Virus record (IMG/VR): IMGVR_UViG_3300045988_108118
Strand: one strand, 5' to 3'
DNA: 46,320 nt
Origin: a virus
The notes below the pieces were generated by a model. That model saw nothing but the letters and a program-made list of their open reading frames with translations, did no database searches and was not told the DNA's origin. The translations under genes and the position numbers were made by a program. Positions 22,736 to 30,711 of this stretch are shown here, piece after piece (the stretch's first letter is position 1; each line of letters starts with the position of its first letter).

Positions 22736-22753
22736 ATATTAAGAGGTGCAGGC

Positions 22754-23242
22754 ATGCAGGATTTTATAGAAGATAGTCTCGTAATCATGACGAAAAGCAC
22801 AATGGACGCATTTCTAGCAACGGATTGCTTTTCAGAATTGGTAGGTTTGTATTCCTTTTACTATTACACGGCAAAGTGGCAAAAGACAAATCAACCTAAA
22901 TGCACCACAGAATACGTAGCCAACGGCTTGCACTGGACAGTCCCAAAAGTCAGAAAATTCAAGAAAAAACTTATAGACCTTGGCTTGATTGAGGACGTTG
23001 TAGTCAAAAACGGGAAAGGGCAAGTAGCAGGACACTACATAAAGATAAAATATGTCGTGTCATCGCAGAAAATTAAAGATATTTCTGCGGAAATCCACCC
23101 ATCTGAAATTGCACGGGGTGGAAACGTTCACGGGGTGGACGACAAGGGAGACAAATGCTTAAAGAATAAATATAATAAATGCTTAAAGAAAAATAATAAA
23201 ATGCTTAACGGCAAAAACGAAAAATCAAAGCTGAACTGGTAA
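22754..23242 (+). CDS. Winged-HTH protein (DnaD/replication-organizer N-terminal-like or regulator).
   Basis: RBS AAGAGGTG. YVANGLHWTVPKVRKFKKKLIDLGLIEDVVVKNGKGQVAGHYIKIKY is a wHTH-like pattern. Confidence 0.8.
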   Translation: MQDFIEDSLVIMTKSTMDAFLATDCFSELVGLYSFYYYTAKWQKTNQPKCTTEYVANGLHWTVPKVRKFKKKLIDLGLIEDVVVKNGKGQVAGHYIKIKYVVSSQKIKDISAEIHPSEIARGGNVHGVDDKGDKCLKNKYNKCLKKNNKMLNGKNEKSKLNW

Positions 23243-23371
23243 TCGGCTAAGCAAAAAGAGGTGCTTCGCTCTATTGGCCGAATCCTTGCGAAAGCAAGGA
23301 ACCCGCGAAGCGTAGAAGCCAAAGTTCCGCTTTGTTAAATATTTATCAAAGTAGGTGAGATTGTGCCATCA

Positions 23372-23482
23372 ATGGAGTTCCTTTACGAAAAAGAAATTGT
23401 CTGCAAGGACACGGGAGAAGTCTGTAATGGATACAATTACGCCACTTGTCCGAACTCTTGTCACGTGAGAAAGGTGTGTTAA
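23372..23482 (+). CDS. Possible 36-aa Cys-rich peptide.
   Basis: Translation MEFLYEKEIVCKDTGEVCNGYNYATCPNSCHVRKVC. Weak RBS. Confidence 0.3.
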   Translation: MEFLYEKEIVCKDTGEVCNGYNYATCPNSCHVRKVC

Positions 23483-23484
23483 TC

Positions 23485-23745
23485 ATGGGCAAACGAAACA
23501 CAATCCACAAGTTGCCAGAATACAAAGGTTACAGCGCTTACTACTATTACGATGATTAAGATAAACTTTGGGTCGGTCATGTTTACGATTCGGCTGACGG
23601 AGAGTTTACTGACATGGTTTCATGGGGCGATGAAAACGAAGATGTGATGGAGCATCTGTTTTACAGCATGATTGACGATTACATCAGCTTCAAAAAAGAG
23701 ATGGAGCAAAAATACGGAAAGCCGAAGAATCGGAGAGGTGAATAA
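23485..23745 (+). pseudogene. HicB-like antitoxin-fold gene interrupted by an in-frame TAA at 23557-23559.
   Basis: MGKRNTIHKLPEYKGYSAYYYYDD*DKLWVGHVYDSADGEFTDMVSWGDENEDVMEHLFYSMIDDYISFKKEMEQKYGKP reads as one HicB_lk-type domain across the stop. Confidence 0.6.
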
Positions 23746-23746
23746 G

Positions 23747-23980
23747 ATGGAGTTTAAAACATTACTACTTATTGGCACGGTTGTCGTTTTTGTGATAACT
23801 ATACTTAGGAGAATCGCAAAAGATGAAGTTGTTGATTTGATAGGAGTTTCCGCTTGTGGATTTTTGTTCATTTTAATTCTTGTACTTTCATTTTTATTTG
23901 AAGATAGCAGTGTTTTGTGGGCGATTTTGTTCGGATACTGGGCAGGAAATGCCGTTTGCGTGAATGGAGATGATGACTAA
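23747..23980 (+). CDS. Small membrane protein (77 aa).
   Basis: ATG at 23747 follows GGAGAGGTG. Translation MEFKTLLLIGTVVVFVITIL...GFLFILILVLSFLF. Confidence 0.65.
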   Translation: MEFKTLLLIGTVVVFVITILRRIAKDEVVDLIGVSACGFLFILILVLSFLFEDSSVLWAILFGYWAGNAVCVNGDDD

Positions 23981-24081
23981 TGTTGGGCTTAATTATTATT
24001 TTTGCGTGGGCACTGAAAGTTCCTGCTTTTGTTTTCGCGGCTGCATTGTTTTTTGGCGCTGTTGAGGTGTTTGGCAAATGA
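23980..24081 (+). CDS. Possible 33-aa membrane peptide.
   Basis: TAATG overlap upstream and ATGA overlap downstream. Translation MLGLIIIFAWALKVPAFVFAAALFFGAVEVFGK. Confidence 0.4.
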   Translation: MLGLIIIFAWALKVPAFVFAAALFFGAVEVFGK

Positions 24082-24482
24082 AATACGAAAAAAAGAGTTT
24101 CACGTTTGAAGAACTTGCTCAAATGGCCTACAAGGGGGCTAGGAGCGAGTTTAAGACGCTTTTGCGCGGGTCTGAACAAAGTACCTATCTATCGCTTCGA
24201 TACCTTTACAGGCTCTACCAGACGGGTGGAATCTCAAAGGAAGAAGCAGGCAAGACCAAAGCGCAGATTGCGAGAAGATACGAGAAAGACCGGCTGCGCG
24301 AAGAACAACTTGAAAGCTCAATCAAGGCGTTTGCGCAAGTCGTACTTAGGACGGCAAAGGCCAATGAAGACTACCGCAGAGAAAGAACGCTAGACAATGC
24401 TGACAAGCTGTGCGAAGCAATTGACGGCGTTATGGTTCAGTCGAATATCGCCGAAACAAAGGGTCTTGCAGATGAAGTGTGA
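24078..24482 (+). CDS. Hypothetical protein (134 aa).
   Basis: ORF, translationally coupled to its neighbours. Confidence 0.7.
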   Translation: MKYEKKSFTFEELAQMAYKGARSEFKTLLRGSEQSTYLSLRYLYRLYQTGGISKEEAGKTKAQIARRYEKDRLREEQLESSIKAFAQVVLRTAKANEDYRRERTLDNADKLCEAIDGVMVQSNIAETKGLADEV

Positions 24483-24696
24483 GAAGTGCGGCAGTGATAA
24501 CGTCTACGTCAAGGATAACGTGAACGTGCCGCCAGAGAACACGATTTACCGTAAGCGGATTTGCAAAGATTGCGGTCATCAGTTCCTTACGATTGAATTT
24601 ATCATAGAAAAAGACGATGGTCTTGCGCTGCGCGAATGGAATAAATGGCACAGAGATGGACATAAAAAAGCCACGAAGCATAAACCTCGTGGCTAA
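24472..24696 (+). CDS. NrdR-N-terminal-like zinc-ribbon protein (74 aa).
   Basis: MKCEKCGSDNVYVKD....YRKRICKDCGHQFLTIEF. Confidence 0.7.
   Translation: MKCEKCGSDNVYVKDNVNVPPENTIYRKRICKDCGHQFLTIEFIIEKDDGLALREWNKWHRDGHKKATKHKPRG
24664..24694 (-). terminator. Terminator of the late (minus) block, overlapping the 3' end of the convergent plus-strand gene.
   Basis: AGCCACGA-N10-TCGTGGCT, with TTTTTT following on the minus strand. Confidence 0.7.
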
Positions 24697-24703
24697 GTGT
24701 GAG

Positions 24704-25255
24704 TTAATCTTTGAATTTCTTGTGATACTTGTCTTGAATCTCGGTCAGGTAAACCATGTCGTAATCGCAACATTCGAGTTCGATGAACAGCTTTTCGGCA
24801 AACTTTAATTCGTCTGAAACATCGTGAATCAGTTTCTTGCCGATAAAATCTGCGTAGTCGATTTCTCCAAGTTCAAGCAATTCCCTGTACATTTGAGCGT
24901 AGAACTGGCGAGTGTCATTTTCCCAGTTCACCCACTTTGTCATTGCATCTCTGACAGCACGTCTTTTTGTCGTTGCATCGACATCTTTACGAACGTAGTT
25001 GTACCAGTTTGCAGGGATTTGGCTTGTGACATTTATCTCAGACTTAGGAATCAGCTTGTTTTCGTGGTTGACATAAAAGCTGTCAACTTCAACCATTGCA
25101 CGGGTTTCATCGGCAAAATGATGCTCGTGCATACGCTTAAATCCGTGGAGATTCAGAAAATCAAAATATTGGCGCATCTGGTCGTGGAACATCGTTCCCT
25201 CGATTTGGTGCGCTTTTATTTTGGCAAAGACTTCCTCGACCGTCATCGCAATCAC
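24704..25255 (-). CDS. Hypothetical helical protein, possibly ferritin/Dps-like.
   Basis: 183 aa. LNLHGFKRMHEHHFADETRAMVEVDSFY resembles a ferritin-like helix pair, but the match is weak. Confidence 0.75.
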   Translation of the reverse strand: MIAMTVEEVFAKIKAHQIEGTMFHDQMRQYFDFLNLHGFKRMHEHHFADETRAMVEVDSFYVNHENKLIPKSEINVTSQIPANWYNYVRKDVDATTKRRAVRDAMTKWVNWENDTRQFYAQMYRELLELGEIDYADFIGKKLIHDVSDELKFAEKLFIELECCDYDMVYLTEIQDKYHKKFKD

Positions 25256-25692
25256 TCCTTAACGACTTCAACTGCCACGTTGGAAGTTGTAACAGCCTGA
25301 CCAGTCACGATTACTTGCAAACGGCTGGAAACCTGACCGCGATACACGCGAACAGGAGCGGTGAAAGCAATACCAACGGAATCAGCTGCGGCGGCAGTCA
25401 CAGTTTGTGTTGCGCCAGATACGGCTTGACCGTCCTGATACAGAGTTACCGTCACAGGGCCAGCGGCAGACGCTACAAGCGTTGTATTGACCGAGACAGA
25501 ATAGTATCCAGCCGCATCATTGCAAACGCAAGGACAGCCAGCAGAGCCGATGATAACGCCATTGTTGCCAAGGCGAATAGCGTTGCCGTATTGTCTGACA
25601 GTGTTTGTCAGCGGCAAAGCATCGCCAACAGCCAGAGCGGTTGGTTGTAGCCCATAGGTGAGCTGTACATTGGCATTGGCATCGTCTAACAC
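25252..25692 (-). CDS. Hypothetical beta-rich protein (BclA-C/C1q-like?).
   Basis: 146 aa, Ala/Val/Thr/Gly-rich. GTG start. Confidence 0.7.
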   Translation of the reverse strand: MLDDANANVQLTYGLQPTALAVGDALPLTNTVRQYGNAIRLGNNGVIIGSAGCPCVCNDAAGYYSVSVNTTLVASAAGPVTVTLYQDGQAVSGATQTVTAAAADSVGIAFTAPVRVYRGQVSSRLQVIVTGQAVTTSNVAVEVVKE

Positions 25693-25710
25693 CTCATTTC
25701 TGATTAAATT

Positions 25711-25757
25711 ATAAAAAGAAAAAGCCCTATCGAGAAGTCCCGATAAGGCTTTTATTT
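25711..25757 (-). terminator. Hairpin terminator (possibly bidirectional).
   Basis: AGCCCTATCG-N8-CGATAAGGCT, flanked by an A-run upstream and TTTATTT downstream on the plus strand. Confidence 0.65.
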
Positions 25758-25766
25758 GTCTATTAT

Positions 25767-26003
25767 TCAGATGTGTTTGAACAACTGTTCTTCGGCTTTA
25801 TAGGTGATAGCTTTGATTCGTTGGACGGAGTAGCCAAATTCTTCTGAAAGCTGGTCAAATGTTCGCTCGTCAATCAGGCGGCGCTTTAGAACAGCTCTTG
25901 GCGTTTCTCCCCTTACCCATAAATCAATCAATTCGGATAACTCTTTGTTAGAAATATCCTCACTTACCACTCTTTTTGCCATTGCTCCGATTCTTTCTGA
26001 CAC
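25767..26003 (-). CDS. Sigma-70 region-4-like HTH protein; candidate late-gene regulator.
   Basis: RRLIDERTFDQLSEEFGYSVQRIKAITYKAEEQL. Confidence 0.65.
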   Translation of the reverse strand: MSERIGAMAKRVVSEDISNKELSELIDLWVRGETPRAVLKRRLIDERTFDQLSEEFGYSVQRIKAITYKAEEQLFKHI

Positions 26004-26069
26004 GGGTTCTTGTCTTAGTCCGCGTTGTCGTGGTAACTGTTTTAATGCGTACTTTCTGCTTTGCCATTG

Positions 26070-26384
26070 TTAATCACCACCCGCCGTAACATCAAGGCTT
26101 GCATCGCCATCAGCAGTTTCTTGTGTTGCTTCAACTGTTTGCGTCGTAGTGGTTGTAACTGTTTCCGATGACTGCACTTGGGATTGTGCTTCATAGAACG
26201 GCCACGCAACATTTGTTGCAACAAGCAGGACAATAAGCAGAATGATAACCGAAAAGTATCGCTTCTCACGCTTCTCGTGACGCATTTCGCAAGATTCAAA
26301 CACAAACTGCGAAATGTAATTATCCGTTCCGCTGGTAGGGTCTTTCACCATGTCCAGCTTTGTTTCGACATCCATTTGGCTCAC
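26070..26384 (-). CDS. Single-pass membrane protein in the lysis cassette.
   Basis: TM helix YFSVIILLIVLLVATNVAW, followed by a Thr/Gln-rich tail. Confidence 0.65.
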   Translation of the reverse strand: MSQMDVETKLDMVKDPTSGTDNYISQFVFESCEMRHEKREKRYFSVIILLIVLLVATNVAWPFYEAQSQVQSSETVTTTTTQTVEATQETADGDASLDVTAGGD

Positions 26385-26387
26385 ACC

Positions 26388-26606
26388 TTAATCATCAAAC
26401 AGCTTATCCTTGATTTCTTCAAGGTTTTTTCGGATTTCTGGAAGTTCCTTTGAAAGGGTTTCAATTATGCTGTACAGCTTATCCTCACGTTCCTTGGAAG
26501 TCTTAACGACCCACCAAAGCAGGATAAAAAAGGCCACTACAACGCATCCAAGGATTCCGTAATTAACATACAGGTTTTGGACAACTTCGGTGGGCATAAC
26601 TGTCAC
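26388..26606 (-). CDS. BhlA/UviB-like holin-like peptide.
   Basis: GILGCVVVAFFILLWWVVKTSKEREDKL pattern. Confidence 0.7.
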   Translation of the reverse strand: MTVMPTEVVQNLYVNYGILGCVVVAFFILLWWVVKTSKEREDKLYSIIETLSKELPEIRKNLEEIKDKLFDD

Positions 26607-26836
26607 ACCTCGCTCAACTCTGCATTGTCGTATCCGAGAGACTTTAACTTGAACTTAAAGTTCTCAGCATTTTCGCGGCTTGCGAATCGAACAAAGACTT
26701 TGTACCCTTTCGCTTTGGGAATATCTTCTACTGGCGCAACTTCGTCAGTAATTTTGTCAGTAGAAGCAGCAATCGGCTTTTCATCACCGATTTGCTTTTG
26801 GTTTGCAATCTCTGCTTTCTTAGTGCGCATATTCAA
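26603..26836 (-). CDS. Small protein with a SPOR-like C-terminus.
   Basis: GYKVFVRFASRENAENFKFKLKSLGYDNAEL. Confidence 0.55.
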   Translation of the reverse strand: MNMRTKKAEIANQKQIGDEKPIAASTDKITDEVAPVEDIPKAKGYKVFVRFASRENAENFKFKLKSLGYDNAELSEV

Positions 26837-26845
26837 ACACCCCTA

Positions 26846-27118
26846 TTATTTATTAGAGGACTTGAAAATGCCCTCATACAGTGCGACAGCAGTTGCGCCA
26901 GAGCCAATGCCCATTGCACACGCGGTAAACGCATCTGTGGCAGGGTAAATGGCCGGGTAAACAACCCAAGCGGCAATGCTAAGAATTGCACCAACAACCA
27001 TACAGATGACAGGAATCCACTTGTTATCTGCCGAGGTCTTTGTCTTATACGCATACGCGATAAGCTCAACAATGGCGGTAATAGATGCCATCGAAGCAAC
27101 ATTCATGAAAATATCCAC
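26846..27118 (-). CDS. Holin (three TM helices).
   Basis: GTG start 7 nt after AAGAGGTG. Three hydrophobic helices and a charged C-terminus. Confidence 0.75.
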   Translation of the reverse strand: MDIFMNVASMASITAIVELIAYAYKTKTSADNKWIPVICMVVGAILSIAAWVVYPAIYPATDAFTACAMGIGSGATAVALYEGIFKSSNK

Positions 27119-27141
27119 CTTGTATCACCTCTTTTTATTGT

Positions 27142-27204
27142 AGTGTAGCATGCAAGCTCGAAATTGTCAAGCGTCAATTTCAATTCCGACATTTTCCGAC
27201 ATTT
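27142..27204 (-). promoter_or_regulatory. Lysis-cassette promoter with an inverted repeat and tandem upstream repeats.
   Basis: On the minus strand: AAATGTCGGAA x2 (27184-27204), GAAATTG/CAATTTC inverted repeat (27160-27181), TTGACA (27165-27170), 17-nt spacer, TACACT (27142-27147). Confidence 0.65.
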
Positions 27205-27311
27205 CTACATCTTGCCAGCCTGTCGGCGCAAGGCCAGCGGAGTAAAACTTCACCGTTTGAAAGTCTCATGATTTGTTGCCCTTTCTGTTTGTTAGTCAGC
27301 TAAAGCCCTCT

Positions 27312-27551
27312 TTAACTAACTGTTTCGGCATCCTCGGTAGGCTCGTCTGTTTTGCTGTCTTCAGCGTCCAAAGCGTCGTAGTACGCCTGTGCCAAAGTCT
27401 CCACTTCTGTGATGTCGTCCTCCGTCAGCAGGCCGCTGTCCAGATGACTGTAAGCCTTGTCAAGCCAATAGGCCACATCTCTGCCTGCAGTAATTTCCCG
27501 CTTGATGCTGCGCAAGGTCAGGTCGTGCCGTGCTTTACTTTTGATAGCCAT
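27312..27551 (-). CDS. Hypothetical acidic protein (79 aa).
   Basis: ORF downstream of the fibre gene. Confidence 0.65.
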   Translation of the reverse strand: MAIKSKARHDLTLRSIKREITAGRDVAYWLDKAYSHLDSGLLTEDDITEVETLAQAYYDALDAEDSKTDEPTEDAETVS

Positions 27552-27565
27552 AATGTATATCTCCT

Positions 27566-29215
27566 TTAAGTGGTAGTCATGGACGCAATGGCGTCCTCAA
27601 GATTTTTTACGACAAGATTCACGTCCCGCTGGTAGTCCAGCTTGATGCCAGCGCCGTCGCTCTCTTGCACCACGGTGTCGGGCGCGTAAGCTGTGAGGGC
27701 TTTGTAGGCGGCAATTTCGGCAGGGAATAGCGGAGTTTCTATGGGGGTGGCGAGAATTGCGGTTAGTGACATAGGCGTTTGTTGCAGATATTGCTGTAAC
27801 TCGCCCAGAGATGTGATGTTTTTAAATCTAACGTATAAGGCCGTTTTGGTGATCGTAAAAACATCAGGTGTAAGCCATGTACCACCATTGGCTCCAAGTG
27901 CTAAAGCGGAGCAAAACGCATTTGCATCAGCAGTATCTGTATCAGTTATTTTTAAATTTTTAACTGCACGTAGAAAACGTATGCCGTTAGTGGTCGAGCT
28001 TGCGGCAAAACCTGAGCTGTCAGAAAAAACCATTGTTGTTACCATCTGCACCCTCACCCCTCTCTCCAAGTCCACCTCGTCGCAAATCCATTGCTGGCCG
28101 TTTTGGTCAGTGTAGTTGCCGCCAGACGTGACAGGGATGCCAGGCAGACCGGTAGGCGTTTGCAGGGTGAGAGTTTGCTCCTTGCCGTTTCCATCACTCA
28201 CCTTGACAACCACACTGCCACCATCTCCCGCGCTCACAATCGGAACAGGCGCATCCGGAGTCGGCGTGCCATCCTGTGTACTCTTTCCGTACACGGTCAG
28301 GCCGCACAGTGGGGCGGAATATGCGTCATTGCAGCTTACCGGGTTGCCTGTCTCACTGCCAACAAGCACATTCTGGCGCTTCTTCAGCGCAGCAGTATCT
28401 TCCTTTAGCTTGCTAACATCTTCTCTGATTTGCGGGTAATCTTCGGGAATTTCACCCGCAGGCCCCTGTGGGCCGGGGTCGCCTTTTGGGCCTTTGGCCG
28501 ATACGCCGGTATCTGTATTCCCAAGCCACCAGTTGCCGTTTTCGCCAATGTGAGGTGTCACGCCGTCTTCGCCGTCTTTGCCAGCATCGCCGGTGGCTTT
28601 AACGCCAAGGGACACCCAAGTCTCACCGTTGTCATACGAAACATTCCACAGATTATCCTCGCCAATTTTCAGCTGCGGAGTTGTGCCATCATCGCCCTTG
28701 TCGCCTTTGGCTCCGTCCTTGCCATTAAACTTGCCGTTATCAGCATCATCTCTAACGCTTTGGGCAATGTCTTTTGCGCCAGTGGCGAGTTTCTTTGCTT
28801 CGGCAGATGTCGTATTCGCATTTTGCGCTTCGGTAAGAATTTGCTGTACGACACTCGGAGTAGGTTCTGCTGGTTCTGTACCGTTTGCATTTGAGTGCTT
28901 TCTTACAATGTACTCAACATCGGCAGAAATGCGTTGCACGCCGTCTGCAAGACCTACAAACACAATCGTTCCAACGCCGTACAAGTTAGCAGTGGCTTCC
29001 TTTGGAACTTTAATAACGCCAGTAACGGAATCAACAACAACTTGAACAGGCTTCTTGTTAGGTGGATTGAATGTCGCCAGTACACTCAAATTCTCCCAAT
29101 TTTGCGTCTTGACGATTTGAAGTTGTTCCTCTCCGTAGCTGTCAAATGTACTGAGTTCCAGCTTTTTGCCGTTATCTACGGTGGCATTGTAGCCATCAAG
29201 TTTAATAATTCGCAT
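27566..29215 (-). CDS. Tail fibre / receptor-binding protein with collagen-like Gly-X-Y stretches.
   Basis: GKDGAKGDKGDDG, GKDGEDG and GPKGDPGPQGPAG. Confidence 0.85.
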   Translation of the reverse strand: MRIIKLDGYNATVDNGKKLELSTFDSYGEEQLQIVKTQNWENLSVLATFNPPNKKPVQVVVDSVTGVIKVPKEATANLYGVGTIVFVGLADGVQRISADVEYIVRKHSNANGTEPAEPTPSVVQQILTEAQNANTTSAEAKKLATGAKDIAQSVRDDADNGKFNGKDGAKGDKGDDGTTPQLKIGEDNLWNVSYDNGETWVSLGVKATGDAGKDGEDGVTPHIGENGNWWLGNTDTGVSAKGPKGDPGPQGPAGEIPEDYPQIREDVSKLKEDTAALKKRQNVLVGSETGNPVSCNDAYSAPLCGLTVYGKSTQDGTPTPDAPVPIVSAGDGGSVVVKVSDGNGKEQTLTLQTPTGLPGIPVTSGGNYTDQNGQQWICDEVDLERGVRVQMVTTMVFSDSSGFAASSTTNGIRFLRAVKNLKITDTDTADANAFCSALALGANGGTWLTPDVFTITKTALYVRFKNITSLGELQQYLQQTPMSLTAILATPIETPLFPAEIAAYKALTAYAPDTVVQESDGAGIKLDYQRDVNLVVKNLEDAIASMTTT

Positions 29216-29216
29216 T

Positions 29217-29867
29217 TTACTTCACCCATTCAGATTTATAAAGGCCCTGCTCGGTAAGTCCGAGTTCTTTCGCTGTGGTGTAGATTTTATCTGCATCGCC
29301 TTGGGAAATGGGGCCAATGGTAATCATCTGTAACTTGGACTTAGCAGGTTCATCCTGCACAGGCTGTTCGGGAACTTCAACCTCGGAATCATACACGCCA
29401 ACGGCGTTTGCAAATCCCATGTATTGAGTAGGGTCAAGACCTTTGCCGGTAGAAGAAGCACGAATCTCGAAGTGACAATGTTTGTAAGGCGGGTTGGCCA
29501 GAGCGGCGTTGCCAGTGTTTCCCATGATTGCAAGCGCATCGCCAGTCTTGACTTTCTGACCAACTTTTACGAGCAACTTCTCACAGTGACAGAAGTAAAG
29601 GTAATTCACGACATCGGGTGTCTGGTTTGCGTCCAGCTTAACGCAGACATACCAGCCCCACTCCCATGTTTTATTGCGCTTATCTGTAACTTGTCTTGCA
29701 GTTACAACAGTGCCGGAGATGGATTTTGAACCGTAGCCGGGCATGTGAATGGTGGAATCATCCAGACCATCAATGTCAGCGCCACCATGCCAAATTTTAC
29801 CACCGCCACGAGTCCAACCCCAGCGGGAATAACCAAAACGGATTCGATTCCTACCATCAAAAAGCAT
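29217..29867 (-). CDS. M23 (LytM-type) peptidoglycan peptidase; endolysin or tail lysin.
   Basis: WHGGADIDG (HxxxD) and GNTGN....HCHFEI (HxH). Confidence 0.9.
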   Translation of the reverse strand: MLFDGRNRIRFGYSRWGWTRGGGKIWHGGADIDGLDDSTIHMPGYGSKSISGTVVTARQVTDKRNKTWEWGWYVCVKLDANQTPDVVNYLYFCHCEKLLVKVGQKVKTGDALAIMGNTGNAALANPPYKHCHFEIRASSTGKGLDPTQYMGFANAVGVYDSEVEVPEQPVQDEPAKSKLQMITIGPISQGDADKIYTTAKELGLTEQGLYKSEWVK

Positions 29868-29921
29868 AAAATGTCACGCTCCTTTTATTTATTTAATGAA
29901 ATAAATTGCGACAACAACGCC

Positions 29922-30017
29922 CTACAATCTGACTTTAACCGCATCGCGCCACTTTTCCGGAACATTGTCCAGCGTAATCAGCCCGCGCTTGATGCAGCAG
30001 ATATAAAACTGTACCAT
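29922..30017 (-). CDS. XkdX-like small tail-fibre-region protein (31 aa).
   Basis: ATG follows GGAGGTG. Translation MVQFYICCIKRGLITLDNVPEKWRDAVKVRL. Confidence 0.55.
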   Translation of the reverse strand: MVQFYICCIKRGLITLDNVPEKWRDAVKVRL

Positions 30018-30018
30018 A

Positions 30019-30336
30019 TCATTCACCTCCGGCCAGCATCTGGGCCAGCTCCAAAATGGCCGCCGCGTTGGCGTCCACCTGTTCCTGCAGCGTGGGTTTT
30101 TCCCGCTCGGCCAGTTCCTCTGCCGTGTAAGCGTGGTAGAACTGGCAGTCCTCGTACACGTCATGGGCAGGAATGATGCGCATAAGCCCCTGCGGGTTCT
30201 CCTCGGTGACAGTGCCCTGCATCACTTCCCGGCTCTCCGGCACATGTTTGGCAACCCGCCGGGCGGTGTAGAGATAACCGGCTGACAGGTCGGGAGATGT
30301 CAGCTCCTCGTTGGTGATTTCATCGTAGATTTTCAT
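30019..30336 (-). CDS. XkdW-position hypothetical protein; noticeably GC-rich.
   Basis: 105-aa ORF immediately upstream of the XkdX-like gene. Confidence 0.7.
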   Translation of the reverse strand: MKIYDEITNEELTSPDLSAGYLYTARRVAKHVPESREVMQGTVTEENPQGLMRIIPAHDVYEDCQFYHAYTAEELAEREKPTLQEQVDANAAAILELAQMLAGGE

Positions 30337-30347
30337 TTTGTACCTCG

Positions 30348-30680
30348 TTATTTGTAGACGTAAATTTCTACAGTTAAGGACAGACTGTTGGCATGGTAGT
30401 CATACTGAGTATATGTCCCCTTCAGGGTTAAAACCGAGTTGGAAAAACCGGTAATTTCCAAATTCGTGAAACTACGGCTTTGCTTTTCGGCAGGGCTGGA
30501 AGTAAAACCGGAAATACGAACGAAAAAGTCCTCCGCCTTTTTTCCTGCCACATTAAACTCTGAAAGGTCATACGTCTGAAACGAGCTTGTGGCGGCACTG
30601 CTGCCGTTAATAGGTGTAAATGTAACGGTCGTAAGCAGCTGCAATTTTTTACCGCCCGGAATCCTAGGGGATGTACCCAT
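30348..30680 (-). CDS. Small fibre-region protein with an MGTSPRIPGG N-terminus (paralog pair).
   Basis: 110 aa. RBS AAAGGGTG. Confidence 0.7.
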   Translation of the reverse strand: MGTSPRIPGGKKLQLLTTVTFTPINGSSAATSSFQTYDLSEFNVAGKKAEDFFVRISGFTSSPAEKQSRSFTNLEITGFSNSVLTLKGTYTQYDYHANSLSLTVEIYVYK

Positions 30681-30711
30681 AAAATCACCCTTTCTTCATT
30701 TTGCGAAAATG

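Noticed and set aside
29922-30164. 80-aa minus-strand ORF overlapping 30019-30336.
   Set aside because: Only its last 31 codons make a plausible gene (from an ATG after GGAGGTG, with an XkdX-like sequence). The upstream part overlaps the better-supported 105-aa gene in another frame.
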